A stretch of DNA of 64,000 bases from Acidimicrobiales bacterium (GTDB taxonomy: Bacteria > Actinomycetota > Acidimicrobiia > Acidimicrobiales > MedAcidi-G1). A program made the position numbers and the translations under genes. The DNA lies in assembly GCA_029577135.1 (NCBI GenBank), contig JARQPW010000001.1:42022-106021 (forward strand), in the 5' to 3' direction. Positions 11,937 to 22,700 of this stretch are shown here, in pieces. The notes below the pieces were generated by a model. The model made no database searches. It was not told where the DNA came from and saw nothing but the letters and a program-made list of their open reading frames with translations. Positions within the stretch are counted from its first letter, which is position 1. Every line of letters starts with the position of its first letter.

Positions 11937-12205
11937 GGGACCAGCGGTCCCCGGGCCAGCCAGGCCTCGCGGCGGGAGGCGGCTTCGCGGTCGAGGTTGA
12001 TCCGGTAGTCGCGGGCCAGCTTCCAGACCGCGTAGCCGACGGTGATCAGCACGAAGGCGATCGTGAACACCGGGGAGGTGTCGATCGTGCGGTCGAGCAG
12101 CCAGCCCAGCACGCCGAAGATGGCGGGGGTCACAGCGAGCTCGAAGGCGGCTGCGGCGGCGTCGCCGAAGCCCTGCTTCAACTCGCGCGCTTCTGCCTGC
12201 TGCAT
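11933..12205 (-). CDS. AtpZ/AtpI-family small membrane protein
   Basis: A 90-aa form starting MQQAEARELKQGFGD with two TM helices (FELAVTPAIFGVLGWLLD, VFTIAFVLITVGYAVW). It is the first gene of the atp cluster. The longer track ORF would overlap the wecA-like gene. Confidence 0.55.
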   Translation of the reverse strand: MQQAEARELKQGFGDAAAAAFELAVTPAIFGVLGWLLDRTIDTSPVFTIAFVLITVGYAVWKLARDYRINLDREAASRREAWLARGPLVP

Positions 12206-12281
12206 CGACGTGGACCTCTGACGAGACGGGGAGGACGTGGGTGCGTGAGACGGGAATGGAAGGTCCCTCTCAACGCTTGTG

Positions 12282-12310
12282 AATATATTCTCTATCTCTC
12301 GGGAGGGCAA
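12282..12310 (-). promoter_or_regulatory. candidate sigma-A type promoter of the atp operon
   Basis: The minus strand reads TTGCCC-N17-TATATT inside the only AT-rich patch of the 150-nt gap upstream of the atpZ-like gene. Confidence 0.35.
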
Positions 12311-12356
12311 CCCTTTCCTTGTCGCCGGCCGCGTGACATCCGACTCGTGCACGGGC

Positions 12357-13553
12357 TCATCCATCCTCGACACGTTCCTCGATGCCCTCTGCTACCGCTC
12401 CCCCACGGGCTCCGATCCGGAGACGCGGGCGGCCCTCCCGGTAGACGGGGTGGCGGGCCGTGCGCAGGCGGGGGTGCAGCACCGTGAACAGCAGCAGGCA
12501 GACGGCGGCGATGCCGGTCGGCACGATGGCGTCGCCCTCGCCGGTGTAGGTCGGCCACAGCACGAAGCTCGAGAGCAGTGCAGTCCATGCCCAGAGGATG
12601 AAAACCGCCCTCCGGTGTCCGTGTCCCAGCTTCATGATCCGGTGGTGCACGTGCTCCTTGTCGGCCTGGGTGACGCGCAGGCCGCGGGTGGCGATGCGGC
12701 GGACGATGGCGAACGTCATGTCGAACAGCGGCACCCCGAGGATGAACAGAGGGATGAACAGCGGGGCGAAGAAGAAGAACGACTGGCCCGAGAAGGGGGC
12801 GTCGGTGCGGCCGCCCACCGAGACCGTCGATGCCGCCATCAGGAGGCCCAGCAGCATGGCGCCGCTGTCGCCCATGAAGATGCGCGCCGGGAAGATGTTG
12901 TGGGGCAGGAAGCCGACGCAGATGCCGAGCACCAGCACGGCCAGGAGCGCACCGGGGTTGCCTTCGAAGAGGACGCCGGCGTCACCGAGCCGCACCGCGT
13001 AGAGGAGGAAGGTGGCGGCGGCGATCCCGATGATGCCGGCCGCCAGCCCGTCGAGGCCGTCGATGAGGTTGACGGCGTTGGCGATGAGCACCACCCACAC
13101 AACGGTGAACAGCGCCGACAGGTCCGGCGACAGCAGGATCAGGTCGAGGAACGGGACCCGCAGCACGAGCAGCGACACTCCGGCCAGCGACAGCACGGCG
13201 CCGGCGGCCACCATCCCCGCCACCTTGGCCGGAGCCGACACGGGCCGGACGTCGTCGAGCGTGCCCACGGCACAGATGAGCGCTGCGGCCACCAGCAGGC
13301 CGATCATCTCGGTGGGCGTGGCGAAGACCGCAGAGAAGTCGCCGATGCCCCAGGCGACCGCCATGCCGACGACGAGGCCGGCCATCATGGCGAGCCCGCC
13401 GAGGGTGGGGGTGACGTGGTCGTGGACGTGTCGGTCGTCCGGGGCGATGACCTGGCCCGCCCGGGTCGCCGCCCGGCGGACGACCGGTGTGGCCAGAGCC
13501 GTGGTCAGCGCTGCCGCGATTCCGACGATCAGGTAGGCGGTCACAGCGGGCAT
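12357..13553 (-). CDS. wecA: glycosyltransferase family 4, undecaprenyl-phosphate GlcNAc-1-phosphate transferase (WecA/Rfe-like)
   Basis: Polytopic MraY/WecA family (VTPTLGGLAMMAG, NAVNLIDGLDGLAAG, FMGDSGAMLLG). Synteny upstream of the atp operon matches mycobacterial rfe. Confidence 0.85.
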   Translation of the reverse strand: MPAVTAYLIVGIAAALTTALATPVVRRAATRAGQVIAPDDRHVHDHVTPTLGGLAMMAGLVVGMAVAWGIGDFSAVFATPTEMIGLLVAAALICAVGTLDDVRPVSAPAKVAGMVAAGAVLSLAGVSLLVLRVPFLDLILLSPDLSALFTVVWVVLIANAVNLIDGLDGLAAGIIGIAAATFLLYAVRLGDAGVLFEGNPGALLAVLVLGICVGFLPHNIFPARIFMGDSGAMLLGLLMAASTVSVGGRTDAPFSGQSFFFFAPLFIPLFILGVPLFDMTFAIVRRIATRGLRVTQADKEHVHHRIMKLGHGHRRAVFILWAWTALLSSFVLWPTYTGEGDAIVPTGIAAVCLLLFTVLHPRLRTARHPVYREGRPRLRIGARGGAVAEGIEERVEDG

Positions 13554-13606
13554 GGGATCAGCTGCCGACGCCGGTCCGGCTCGTCCCCGTCGACTTCATC
13601 AGGAGA

Positions 13607-14851
13607 TCAGCCGCCGTAGGGCGTGAATCTGCCGCACAACTCGGCGGCGTCGGCCCGGACCGCCTCGACGACCGTGTCGTCGTCGCGACCGCGCAGTGTG
13701 CGGGCGATGAGTTCGGCGATCTCGGCCATCTCGGGCTCCTTCATGCCCTGGGTGGTGGTCGACGGCGTGCCGATCCGGACGCCGCTGGTCACGAACGGCG
13801 AGCGGGGGTCGTCGGGCACCGTGTTCTTGTTGAGCGTGATGCCGGCCCGGTCGAGGACGTTCTGGGCGACGGCCCCGGTGCACTCCTCGTCGAAGGTGCG
13901 CAGGTCGACCAGGATGAGGTGGTTGTCGGTGCCGCCGGAGACCAGCCGGAAGCCGTGGGAGGCGAGTGCCTCGGCCAGGACCTGGGCGTTGGCGACGATC
14001 TGGCGGGCATAGCCGGCGAACGATGGATCGGCCGCCTCACGGAACGCCACGGCCTTGGCGGCGATGTGGTGTTCGAGCGGTCCACCCTGAGTGCCCGGGA
14101 AGATGGCCTTGTCGATCGCCTTGGCGTACTCGGCTCGGCTCAGGATGCAGCCGCCGCGGGGGCCGCGCAGGGTCTTGTGGGTGGTGAAGGTGACGATGTC
14201 GCAGTAGGGCACCGGGTTGGGGTGCACACCACCGGCGATGAGGCCGGCGATGTGGGCGGCGTCGAACATGAGCATCGCCCCGACCTCGTCGGCGATCTCG
14301 CGAAACGGTGCAGCGTCGATGGTGCGGGAGTAGGCGGTGGCGCCGGCGACGATCAGCTTCGGGCGGTGGGCCTTGGCCTTGTCGCGCAGCTCGTCCATGT
14401 CGAGGCGCTCGTCGCTGGCGGTGAGGCCGTACGAAACGAACTCGTAGAGCATCGAACTGGCGTTGACCGGCGAGCCGTGGGTGAGGTGGCCGCCGTGGTC
14501 GAGGCTGAGGCCCAGCACGGTGTCGCCCTGCTCGAGCACCGCCTGGTAGGCGGCCATGTTGGCGTTGGCGCCGGAGTGCGGCTGCACGTTGGCATGGTCG
14601 CCGCCGAACAGGGCCTTGACCCGCTCACGGGCGAGGTCCTCGACCTCGTCGATGTGGACGTTGCCACCGTAGTAGCGCTTGCCCGGATAGCCCTCGGCGT
14701 ACTTGTTGGTGAGGACCGAGCCCGATGCCTCGAGCACCGCCGGGGAAGCGAAGTTCTCGGAGGCGATGAGTTGAAGGGTGGTGTTCTGTCGCTCGCGTTC
14801 GTCGTCGACGTAGCCGAACAACTCGTCGTCGCGGGAGGAGGGCCAGGGCAT
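13607..14851 (-). CDS. glyA: serine hydroxymethyltransferase
   Basis: [36 protein letters not shown] and the PLP-lysine block [15 protein letters not shown]. Confidence 0.95.
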   Translation of the reverse strand: MPWPSSRDDELFGYVDDERERQNTTLQLIASENFASPAVLEASGSVLTNKYAEGYPGKRYYGGNVHIDEVEDLARERVKALFGGDHANVQPHSGANANMAAYQAVLEQGDTVLGLSLDHGGHLTHGSPVNASSMLYEFVSYGLTASDERLDMDELRDKAKAHRPKLIVAGATAYSRTIDAAPFREIADEVGAMLMFDAAHIAGLIAGGVHPNPVPYCDIVTFTTHKTLRGPRGGCILSRAEYAKAIDKAIFPGTQGGPLEHHIAAKAVAFREAADPSFAGYARQIVANAQVLAEALASHGFRLVSGGTDNHLILVDLRTFDEECTGAVAQNVLDRAGITLNKNTVPDDPRSPFVTSGVRIGTPSTTTQGMKEPEMAEIAELIARTLRGRDDDTVVEAVRADAAELCGRFTPYGG

Positions 14852-14892
14852 CGGGGGACGCTCAGTTCTGGTGGTGATCGGGTGTCGAGAGG

Positions 14893-15822
14893 CTATCCGC
14901 CGGTGGCGACGCGCGACGGGGCGACGGCGTCGGAACGCAGCGCTTCGACCAGGGCGTCGACGGCGGCGTCGGCCGGCACGTCGGTCCGCTGGGCGAGCAC
15001 CAGTCGGCGGACGGCGAGCGGCTCGGGTCGGGCAGGGACGAGCGGTTCGGCACCGGGTTCGGCCTGCACAGCCGGCAGCACTGCCCAGCCGAGGCCGAGG
15101 CGCACCATCTCGCGCAGCACCTCCGGCTGGTTGGACTCGGCGACCACCTCGAAGCGGACGCCGGCGCCGGCCAATGCGGAGGCAATGACGCTGCGGGTGT
15201 GCGAGCCCGACGGGAAAGCCACCCAGGGTCCCCAGGTCGCCGGGGCCCCGACGTGGACATCGTCGGGGGCGTAGACGAGGAGGGGTTCGTCGAGCAGCGG
15301 ATCTGCGTCGACCCCGGCGGGGAGGTCGGCGGGCTGGACGAAGACCGCCACGTCGAGGTCGCCCCGCACGAGGGATTCGAGCAGCGGGCCGGAGGGGGCC
15401 ACGGTGAGGTGGAGGTCGATGTCCGGATGGCCGGTGCGGAAGGCCCGGATGGCAGCCGCCCGGTGGTGGACGGCGACGGCATCGATGGTGCCGAGGCGCA
15501 CGCTGCCGGAGGTGCCGGTGCGGCGGGCCCCGGCCCAGCGGGCCAGGTCGCGGGTTGCGGCGACGACCCGGCGGGCGTGGGCGAGCACCTCGGCGGCGTC
15601 GGGGCGCAGCAGGGTCTGACGGCCGCGGCGCTCGAACATTGGCAGACCCACCCGGCGTTCGAGTTCGGCCAGTCCCTGGGTGAGGGCCGACGGGGTGACA
15701 CCGAGGCCGGCGGCGGCAGCCGCCCGGGTGGGGGCGTCGGCGGCGACGACCAGGTACTCGAGTTGCTGGACGGTGAGGTTGGGGAGCACGGGGGTCGAGC
15801 GTGGAGCGGCCATGTGGAACAC
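14893..15822 (-). CDS. LysR family transcriptional regulator
   Basis: N-terminal HTH ([53 protein letters not shown]) with a substrate-binding domain after it. Confidence 0.85.
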   Translation of the reverse strand: MFHMAAPRSTPVLPNLTVQQLEYLVVAADAPTRAAAAAGLGVTPSALTQGLAELERRVGLPMFERRGRQTLLRPDAAEVLAHARRVVAATRDLARWAGARRTGTSGSVRLGTIDAVAVHHRAAAIRAFRTGHPDIDLHLTVAPSGPLLESLVRGDLDVAVFVQPADLPAGVDADPLLDEPLLVYAPDDVHVGAPATWGPWVAFPSGSHTRSVIASALAGAGVRFEVVAESNQPEVLREMVRLGLGWAVLPAVQAEPGAEPLVPARPEPLAVRRLVLAQRTDVPADAAVDALVEALRSDAVAPSRVATGG

Positions 15823-15833
15823 CTTCAGGTTGA

Positions 15834-15848
15834 TTCAGTCTTTCTGAA
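15834..15848. promoter_or_regulatory. candidate LysR-type operator (T-N11-A palindrome)
   Basis: TTCAGTCTTTCTGAA is a perfect TTCAG-N5-CTGAA inverted repeat in the AT-rich 66-bp divergent region between the LysR gene and ino1. Confidence 0.35.
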
Positions 15849-15888
15849 CTTTACTCCACAATGCTTCGCCATACCTTAGTCTCGGGGG

Positions 15889-17220
15889 ATGCCTGGAACC
15901 GCAACTGCCTCATCTCCGCGCTCCCCGCGCGACATCGCACCCGCCACCGGCCGACTCGGGGTCCTCACCCCCGGCCTCGGCGCCGTCGCCTCCACCTTCA
16001 TCGCCGGCGTGGTCGCCGTCCGTAAGGGCCTCACCGCCCCGATCGGCTCGGTCAGCCAGATGGCACACATCCGCCTCGGCGCCCGCGACGAGGACCGCAA
16101 CCCGCTGATCCGCGAGTTCGTCCCCCTCGCCGACCTCGACGACCTCGTCTTCGGCGGCTGGGACCCGATCTCGGCCAACGTGCTCGAGGCCGCCCGCACC
16201 TGCGGCGTGCTCGAGGAGCGCGACCTCGCCCCGCTGTCGGCCGAGCTCGAGGGCATCGTCGCCATGGACGCCGTGTTCGACCAGCGCTGGGTCAAGAAGC
16301 TCGACGGCGTGCGCGTCAAGCAGATCGCCTCCAAGTGGGACCAGGCCCAGGCCCTCATCGCCGACATCGAGCGGTTCCGCATCGAGAACGAATGCGACCG
16401 GCTGGTCATGGTGTGGTGCGGCTCGACCGAGGCCTATCAGGAGGCCGGCGCCGTCCACGACACCGTCGAAGCGTTCGAGGCCGGCCTGCACGCCGACGAC
16501 GACAACATCTCGCCCAGCCAGATCTACGTCTACGCCGCCCTCATGAGCGACGTGCCGTTCGCCAACGGCGCCCCCAACCTGTCGGTCGACCTGCCGTGCA
16601 TGATCGAACTGGCCGCGACCCACGGCGTGCCGATCGCCGGCAAGGACTTCAAGACCGGCCAGACCCTCATGAAGACGCTGCTGGCGCCCGGCTTCAAGGC
16701 CCGGATGCTCGGCCTGCGTGGCTGGTACTCGACCAACATCCTCGGCAACCGCGATGGCGAGGTGCTCGACGACCCCGAGAACTTCAAGACCAAGGAGGTG
16801 TCGAAGCTGGGCGTGCTCGACACGATCCTGCAGCCCGAGTCGTACCCCGAGCTGTACGGCAACATCGACCACGTGGTGCGCATCAACTACTACCCGCCCC
16901 GGGGCGACAACAAGGAGGGGTGGGACGCCATCGACATCTTCGGATGGATGGGCTACCCCATGCAGATCAAGGTCGACTTCCTGTGCCGTGACTCGATCCT
17001 CGCCGCCCCGATCGTGTTGGACCTGGCGCTGTTCCTGGACCTGGCCCACCGGGCCGGGCAGTCCGGCGTGCAGGAGTGGCTGTCGTTCTACCTCAAGGCC
17101 CCGCAGGCAGCCACCGAAGCCGGCCCCGAACACGACCTGTTCATCCAACAGACCAAGCTCAAGAACACCCTGCGCGAGTGGATGGGTGAACAGCCCGTCA
17201 CCCACTCCGAAGCCGGCTGA
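15889..17220 (+). CDS. ino1: inositol-3-phosphate synthase
   Basis: 443 aa, overall similarity to the bacterial/archaeal MIPS family (GLGAVASTFIAGV, ...GWDPIS.N..EAA, NGAPNLSVD, KTGQTLMKT, NILGNRDGEVLD). Confidence 0.9.
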   Translation: MPGTATASSPRSPRDIAPATGRLGVLTPGLGAVASTFIAGVVAVRKGLTAPIGSVSQMAHIRLGARDEDRNPLIREFVPLADLDDLVFGGWDPISANVLEAARTCGVLEERDLAPLSAELEGIVAMDAVFDQRWVKKLDGVRVKQIASKWDQAQALIADIERFRIENECDRLVMVWCGSTEAYQEAGAVHDTVEAFEAGLHADDDNISPSQIYVYAALMSDVPFANGAPNLSVDLPCMIELAATHGVPIAGKDFKTGQTLMKTLLAPGFKARMLGLRGWYSTNILGNRDGEVLDDPENFKTKEVSKLGVLDTILQPESYPELYGNIDHVVRINYYPPRGDNKEGWDAIDIFGWMGYPMQIKVDFLCRDSILAAPIVLDLALFLDLAHRAGQSGVQEWLSFYLKAPQAATEAGPEHDLFIQQTKLKNTLREWMGEQPVTHSEAG

Positions 17221-17239
17221 CCCGGCGGGCCGCCGGCCT

Positions 17240-18100
17240 TCAGGCAGGGATGGGTTCCCGGCGCCAGAGTTGTGGGTAGAGGTCGGTGCCGATGCGGTCG
17301 CCCGACGACAGGCCCACCTCGGTCATGGCGGCGGAGTGGTCGGGGGACATGCCCTCGGGGCGGAACAACACCCGCACGTCGTCGCCCAGCCACTGGGTGT
17401 TGAACACCTTCAGGTCCCGGTCGGGAGCCAGGTTGCCGGACCCGCCGTGGACCATGCGGCCGTTGAACACCACCACGTCGCCCGGCTCCATGTCCCACGA
17501 CAGGATCTCGTAGGCGGCGCGGTCGCCCTCGATGTCGGGGAACGGCGACCGGTCGTCGCCCTCCTCGTAGACGACCTGGTCGCGGGCGTCGCCGTTGACC
17601 GACCCCCCAGTCGATCTGACGGAACGCCGGCCAGCGGTGCGACCCCCGTACGAACTCGAGGGCGCTCTCCTTGGCCACCGGCACCAGCGGCATCCACGCC
17701 GAGCAGGTCTCGAACCCCTCGACCGACCAGTACGGATCGTCCTGGTGGAACGGCGTGCGGAACCGGGCACCGGCCGAACGCACGAACACGGCGTCGAAGA
17801 AGAAGTTCACGGCCTCGACCTCCATGAGCCGCCCGGCGAACTCGGCCATGTCGGAGTGGAAGGCGAAGTCGCGGTACTCGGGGATGTGCAGCCACGACTG
17901 GCTGTCGTAGAAGGTGGTGCGTCCGTCGGCGTCCCGGTCCCAGAAGCGGCCCCGGTCGGAGGGCTCGGCGACGTTGCGCTCGATGCCGGTCGTCAGCGTG
18001 GCGATCCACTCGGGCCCGAACGCCCGGCGCAGGCAGACGGGGCGCCATCACGCGAATAGGCGGCGACCAACTCGTCGATGACCAGTTCGGCGACGTCCAT
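17240..18100 (-). pseudogene. phytanoyl-CoA dioxygenase (PhyH) family gene broken by two single-base frameshifts
   Basis: Three frames carry consecutive PhyH pieces. They are MDVAELVIDELVAAYSRDGA | VCLRRAFGPEWIATL...FHQDDPYWSVEG...RGSHRWPAFRQIDWG | VNGDARDQVVYEEGDD...VVFNGRMVHGGSGN. The shifts lie near 18040 and in a C6 run at 17604-17609. A good RBS (GAGGAG) precedes the ATG at 18100. Confidence 0.65.
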
Positions 18101-18138
18101 CTGGCTCCTCTGTCGTTTCTGACTCGTGCGGCGCCCCC

Positions 18139-19716
18139 TCAGATGCGGGCCTGGTGGTCCTTCCAGTACTCGTCCTTCAGGAAGCGCTTGTAGAGCTTGC
18201 CGGTCGGATGGCGGGGCAGTTCGTCGCGGAAGTCGATGCTGCGCGGGCACTTCACGTCGGCCAACTGCGACCGGCAGAAGGCGATCAGCTCCCGCTCGAG
18301 CTCAGGACCGGGGACGGCGCCGTCGGCCGCCTGGACCACCGCCTTGACCTCCTCGCCGAAGTCCTCGTTGGGCACGCCGAACACCGCCACGTCGAACACC
18401 GAGGGGTGCATCGTGAGGACGTTCTCGGCCTCCTGGGGATAGATGTTCACCCCGCCCGAGATGATCATGTACGCCTTGCGGTCCGTGAGGTAGAGGAACC
18501 CGTCCTCGTCGAGCCGGCCCACGTCGCCGAGGGTCGAGAGGTCCTCGCCCAGGCGTGCGGCGGCCGTCTTCTCCGGGTCGTTGTGGTACTCGACCTTGAT
18601 GTCCGAGCGGAAGTAGATCCCGCCCTCCTCGCCGGCCGGGAGCTCGTTGCCCTCGTCGTCGACGATGACCACCTCGCCCATCAGCGCCCTGCCGACCGTG
18701 CCCGGGTGGGCCAGCCAGTCCTCGGAGTTCGTGAACGTGAGGCCGGTGCCCTCGGTGCCGGCGTAGTACTCGTAGATGACCGGACCCCACCAGTCGATCA
18801 TCCGGCGCTTCACGTCGACCGGGCAGGGGGCGGCGGCGTGGATGGCGGCCCGCAGCGTCGACACGTCGTACCGGGAGCGGACCTCGTCGTCGAGCTTGAG
18901 CATCCGCACGAACATGGTCGGCACCCACTGGCTGTCGGTGACGCCGTGGCGCTCGATCAGGGCCAGGGACTGTTCGGGGTCGAACTTCTCCATCACGATG
19001 ATGGTGGTGCCGAGGCCCAGGTAGCCCATGCAGAAGCGCAACGGCGCCGAGTGGTACAGCGGCGCCGGCGAGAGGTAGGTACCTCCCGGCAGCGAGCCGA
19101 ACAGGAACTGCGCCATCGCCGAGATGGACCCGCCCTTGCCGAGCGGCTCGGGGACCAGCGTCCGCTTGACCCCCTTCGGCAGGCCGGTGGTGCCCGACGA
19201 GTAGAGCATGTCGCTGCCGCTCACCCAGTCGGGATCGGCCGTGGAGGACTGGGCGGCGACCGCGTCCTCGAAGGGGGCGTGGTCGGGCAGCTCGCCGCCG
19301 ATCGAGAAGCGGGCCTCGACGTTGGGCGTGGCGGCGGTGACCTCGGCCAGCACGTCCTCCTTGTAGGGGGAGGTGACGAACACGCGGGCGCCGCAGTCGT
19401 CGACGATGTAGGCCAGTTCGTCGGCGGTCAGCCGGGACGACACCGCCGTGTAGCGGAGGCCGGCGTAGTGGGCGCCCCAGGCGAGCGGCAGGAACTCGAT
19501 CCGGTTCTCGAGGCAGAAGGCCATGTGGTCGCCGAACTCCAGCCCGAGGCTGCGAAACAGGTTGGCGATGCGGCAGGCCTGTCCATGGAGTTCGCCAAAC
19601 GTCATCGTCTCGCCGGAACCGGCCATGACGAGGGCGGGACGGTCGGGATCCTCGACGGCCCAGTATCCCGGGTACTCGGTCAGTGCCGGTTCTGGGGCAG
19701 AACTCTCGTCGCTCAT
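18139..19716 (-). CDS. AMP-dependent acyl-CoA synthetase/ligase
   Basis: AMP-binding motifs LYSSGTTGLPKGV, YYAGTEG and GDVGRLDEDGFLYLTDRK. 525 aa. Confidence 0.9.
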   Translation of the reverse strand: MSDESSAPEPALTEYPGYWAVEDPDRPALVMAGSGETMTFGELHGQACRIANLFRSLGLEFGDHMAFCLENRIEFLPLAWGAHYAGLRYTAVSSRLTADELAYIVDDCGARVFVTSPYKEDVLAEVTAATPNVEARFSIGGELPDHAPFEDAVAAQSSTADPDWVSGSDMLYSSGTTGLPKGVKRTLVPEPLGKGGSISAMAQFLFGSLPGGTYLSPAPLYHSAPLRFCMGYLGLGTTIIVMEKFDPEQSLALIERHGVTDSQWVPTMFVRMLKLDDEVRSRYDVSTLRAAIHAAAPCPVDVKRRMIDWWGPVIYEYYAGTEGTGLTFTNSEDWLAHPGTVGRALMGEVVIVDDEGNELPAGEEGGIYFRSDIKVEYHNDPEKTAAARLGEDLSTLGDVGRLDEDGFLYLTDRKAYMIISGGVNIYPQEAENVLTMHPSVFDVAVFGVPNEDFGEEVKAVVQAADGAVPGPELERELIAFCRSQLADVKCPRSIDFRDELPRHPTGKLYKRFLKDEYWKDHQARI

Positions 19717-19776
19717 GGCGCCGGACCGTACCGCCGGGCGCGACGTGGGACCGAGGCGGGCACGCGGTCACAGGGG

Positions 19777-22700
19777 ATGCCTACGCTCAGTTCCGACATG
19801 ACCACCAACTTCGCCTTCACCTCCTACGGGGCACCCGCCACCGCCGCCCTCGCCGACGCCATTGCCGCGGCCAAGGGCGACGACCTGCTGGCCCCCGTCA
19901 CCGTGGTGGTGCCATCGAACCTCGTGGGCGTGTCGGCCCGGCGCACGCTGGCCGCCGGCTCTCCCGCCGGGCTGGCCGCAGTCCGCTTCGAGACCGTCCT
20001 GGGCCTGGCCCGCCTGCTGGCCGGGCCCTCGCTCTCCGGCGAACGCCGCCGGGTCACCGATTCCGTGGTGGGCGCCGCAGTGCGGTCCGTCCTCGCATCG
20101 TCGGCCGACATCCTGCGGCCCGTCGCCCGCCATCCCGCAACCGAGCGGGCCCTGGTCCGGGTCCACCGCGAGTTGCGCGAGCTCGACGACGACGCCCTCA
20201 CGGCGCTGGCCGACACCGGCCCGCGTGCCGCCGAGGTGGTGCGCCTCCAGCGCGAGGTTCACGACCGCCTCGCCGACCGTTACGTCGACGAGGTCGACCT
20301 GCACCGGGCTGCTGCAGCCACCGCCGCCGCCGGGCACCCCCTGCTCGACGGACTGGGTGCGCTCGTACTCCACCTCCCCGACCGGCTCCCGGCGTCGGGC
20401 CTCGCGCTCGTCGAGGCGCTGGCGGCCAACAGCCCGGTCGCAGTGGTCGTCGCCCACGCCGGCGACGTCGAGGCCGATGCCCCCCTGCTCGAACTGGTCG
20501 GGCGGCTGGGCGGCACGTTGCCTCCGGAGCCACCGTCGGCGTACGCGTCGCGGCTGCTGGTGCGCTCGGTCACCGATCCGGACGAAGAGGCGAGGTTGGC
20601 CGTCCGCGAGGTTCTCGCCGGGGCGAGGGCCGGCATCGCGTTCAACCGCATGGCGATCGCCCACCCGGGCAACGACCGCTACGCCCGGCTGCTCCACCAG
20701 CACCTGGTTGCTGCCGACGTGCCGTTCAACGGCGTGGCCGGCCGGCGACTGGGCGAGTCCCTCACCGGTCGCACACTGCTGGCGCTGCTCGCCCTCCCCG
20801 ACCACGACCTCGCCCGGACCGCCGTCATGGCGGTGCTGACCTCGGGGGCGATGCTCGGCATCGACGGCCGACCCGTGCCGGTCACCGCCTGGGAGCGACT
20901 GGCCCGCGAGTCGGGCGTCGTCGCCGGGGTCGACCAATGGGACCAACGGCTCCGCCGGTATGGCGCCGACCAGGACGCCCGCCTCGCCGAACTCGAGGCA
21001 GGGGGCGCCGACGCCTCACAACTGCGGGGGCTCCGGGAACGCAAGGCTCGGGCCGACGACCTCCTGGCCTTCGTCCAGCGCCTGGCCGACGACCTCGACC
21101 CCCAGCAGCGCCCCTCCGACTGGCCGGGCCTGACCCGCTGGGCCACCGGACTCCTCGAGCGCTACCTGGGGTCGTCGACCGACCGTGCCGACTGGCCGCC
21201 CGAGGAGGTCGACGCCCACGCCCGGGTCGGCGACCTGCTCCGCAACCTGGCCGGCCTCGGGGCCATCGAGGCCGCACCGGGCCTCGCCAACTTCCGACGG
21301 GCGGTCGCCGACGGGCTCGATCGCGAGGTCGACCGCGAGGGCCGGTTCGGCAACGGCGTGTTCGTCGGCGGCTTCGGGGCCACCGCCGGGCTCGACCTCG
21401 ACCGGGTGGTCGTCGTGGGACTCGCCGAAGGCGTCACCCCGCCCCGCCGGCGCGACGACCCGCTGCTGTCCGACACCGTCCGCCGCACCCTCGACGGGGC
21501 GCTCTCCCTGCGGGCCGAACGCCAGGCCGACCTCCACCGCAACGTCCTCGCCACGTTCGCCGCCGGAGCCATCGACCGGGTGCTGGTGTTCCCCCGTGGC
21601 GACCTCGGCTCCAAGACCGAGGCCGTGCCGTCCCGGTGGCTGCTCGACGAGGTCGAGGCCGAACTCGGCGAACGACCCAGCCCGACCCAGCTCGAAGACC
21701 TCGGAGCCGACTGGTTCGCCACCTCGTTCTCCTTCGCCCATTCGCTCGAACAGCTCGACCATCCGTCCAACCACCACGAATACGCGCTCGCCGAGCTCCT
21801 CCGCGACCGCCACCGGGGACTCCTCCCGGACGTGAGCGATCGACGGTCCACCGATGAGGTGCTCAGCCGCGGCATCGACCTCGTCCGCGGACGCGAGGCC
21901 CCGCAACTGACCCGCTTCGACGGCCTGCTCGACGGCGTCGACCTCCCCTCGCCCGCCGACGGCCACACCATCCTCTCCGCCACCCGGCTCGAGAACTGGG
22001 TCAGGTGCCCGTACGCCTACTTCATGCGATATGTCCTCGGGGTCGGGACCCTCGACGAGCCTGCCGACGAGGACGGCATCACGCCCCTCGAGCGCGGGTC
22101 GCTCGCCCACCAGATTCTCGACCGGTTCCTCACCGAGGTGATCGAGGCCGACGACCTCCCCTCCCCCGACGTGCCCTGGGGGCCCGCCCACCACCAGCGC
22201 CTCGACCGCATCTGCGACGAGGAGTTCGCCCTGGTCGAGTCCCGCGGCCTCACCGGCCGACCCCTCCTGTGGCAACGCGACGGCGGCCGGCTGCGACGGG
22301 CGCTCGCCGAGTTCCTCCTCGATGACGACGAGCGCCGCAGTGACGACCTCCTCACCCCGGTCGCCGCCGAGATGGCGTTCGGGTTCGACGGCGCCGAGCC
22401 CCTCGTCCTGCACCTCGCCGACGGCCGCACGCTGCGGTTCCGCGGGCGCATCGACCGCGTCGACCGGGCCGTCGGCGGCGGGCTGGTCGTCACCGACTTC
22501 AAGACCGGGAAGAAGCAGTACTACAACAAGGTCAGCGAGGACTCGCCCGACGTCAACGGCCAATACCTCCAACTTCCCCTGTACGGGCTCGCCGCCCGAG
22601 AACGCCTGGCGGCCCCGGACGCCGAAGTCGAGGTCCGCTACTGGTTCGTCACCGACGGCGGCAGGATCGTCGGGCACCCGTTGTCCGACCCGGTGCTCGA

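Noticed and set aside
18154-19776. The 5' third of the 1599-aa plus-strand ORF.
   Set aside because: This part is antisense to the acyl-CoA synthetase gene and has no recognisable features. The real AddB-like gene starts at about 19777, where the sequence becomes protein-like.
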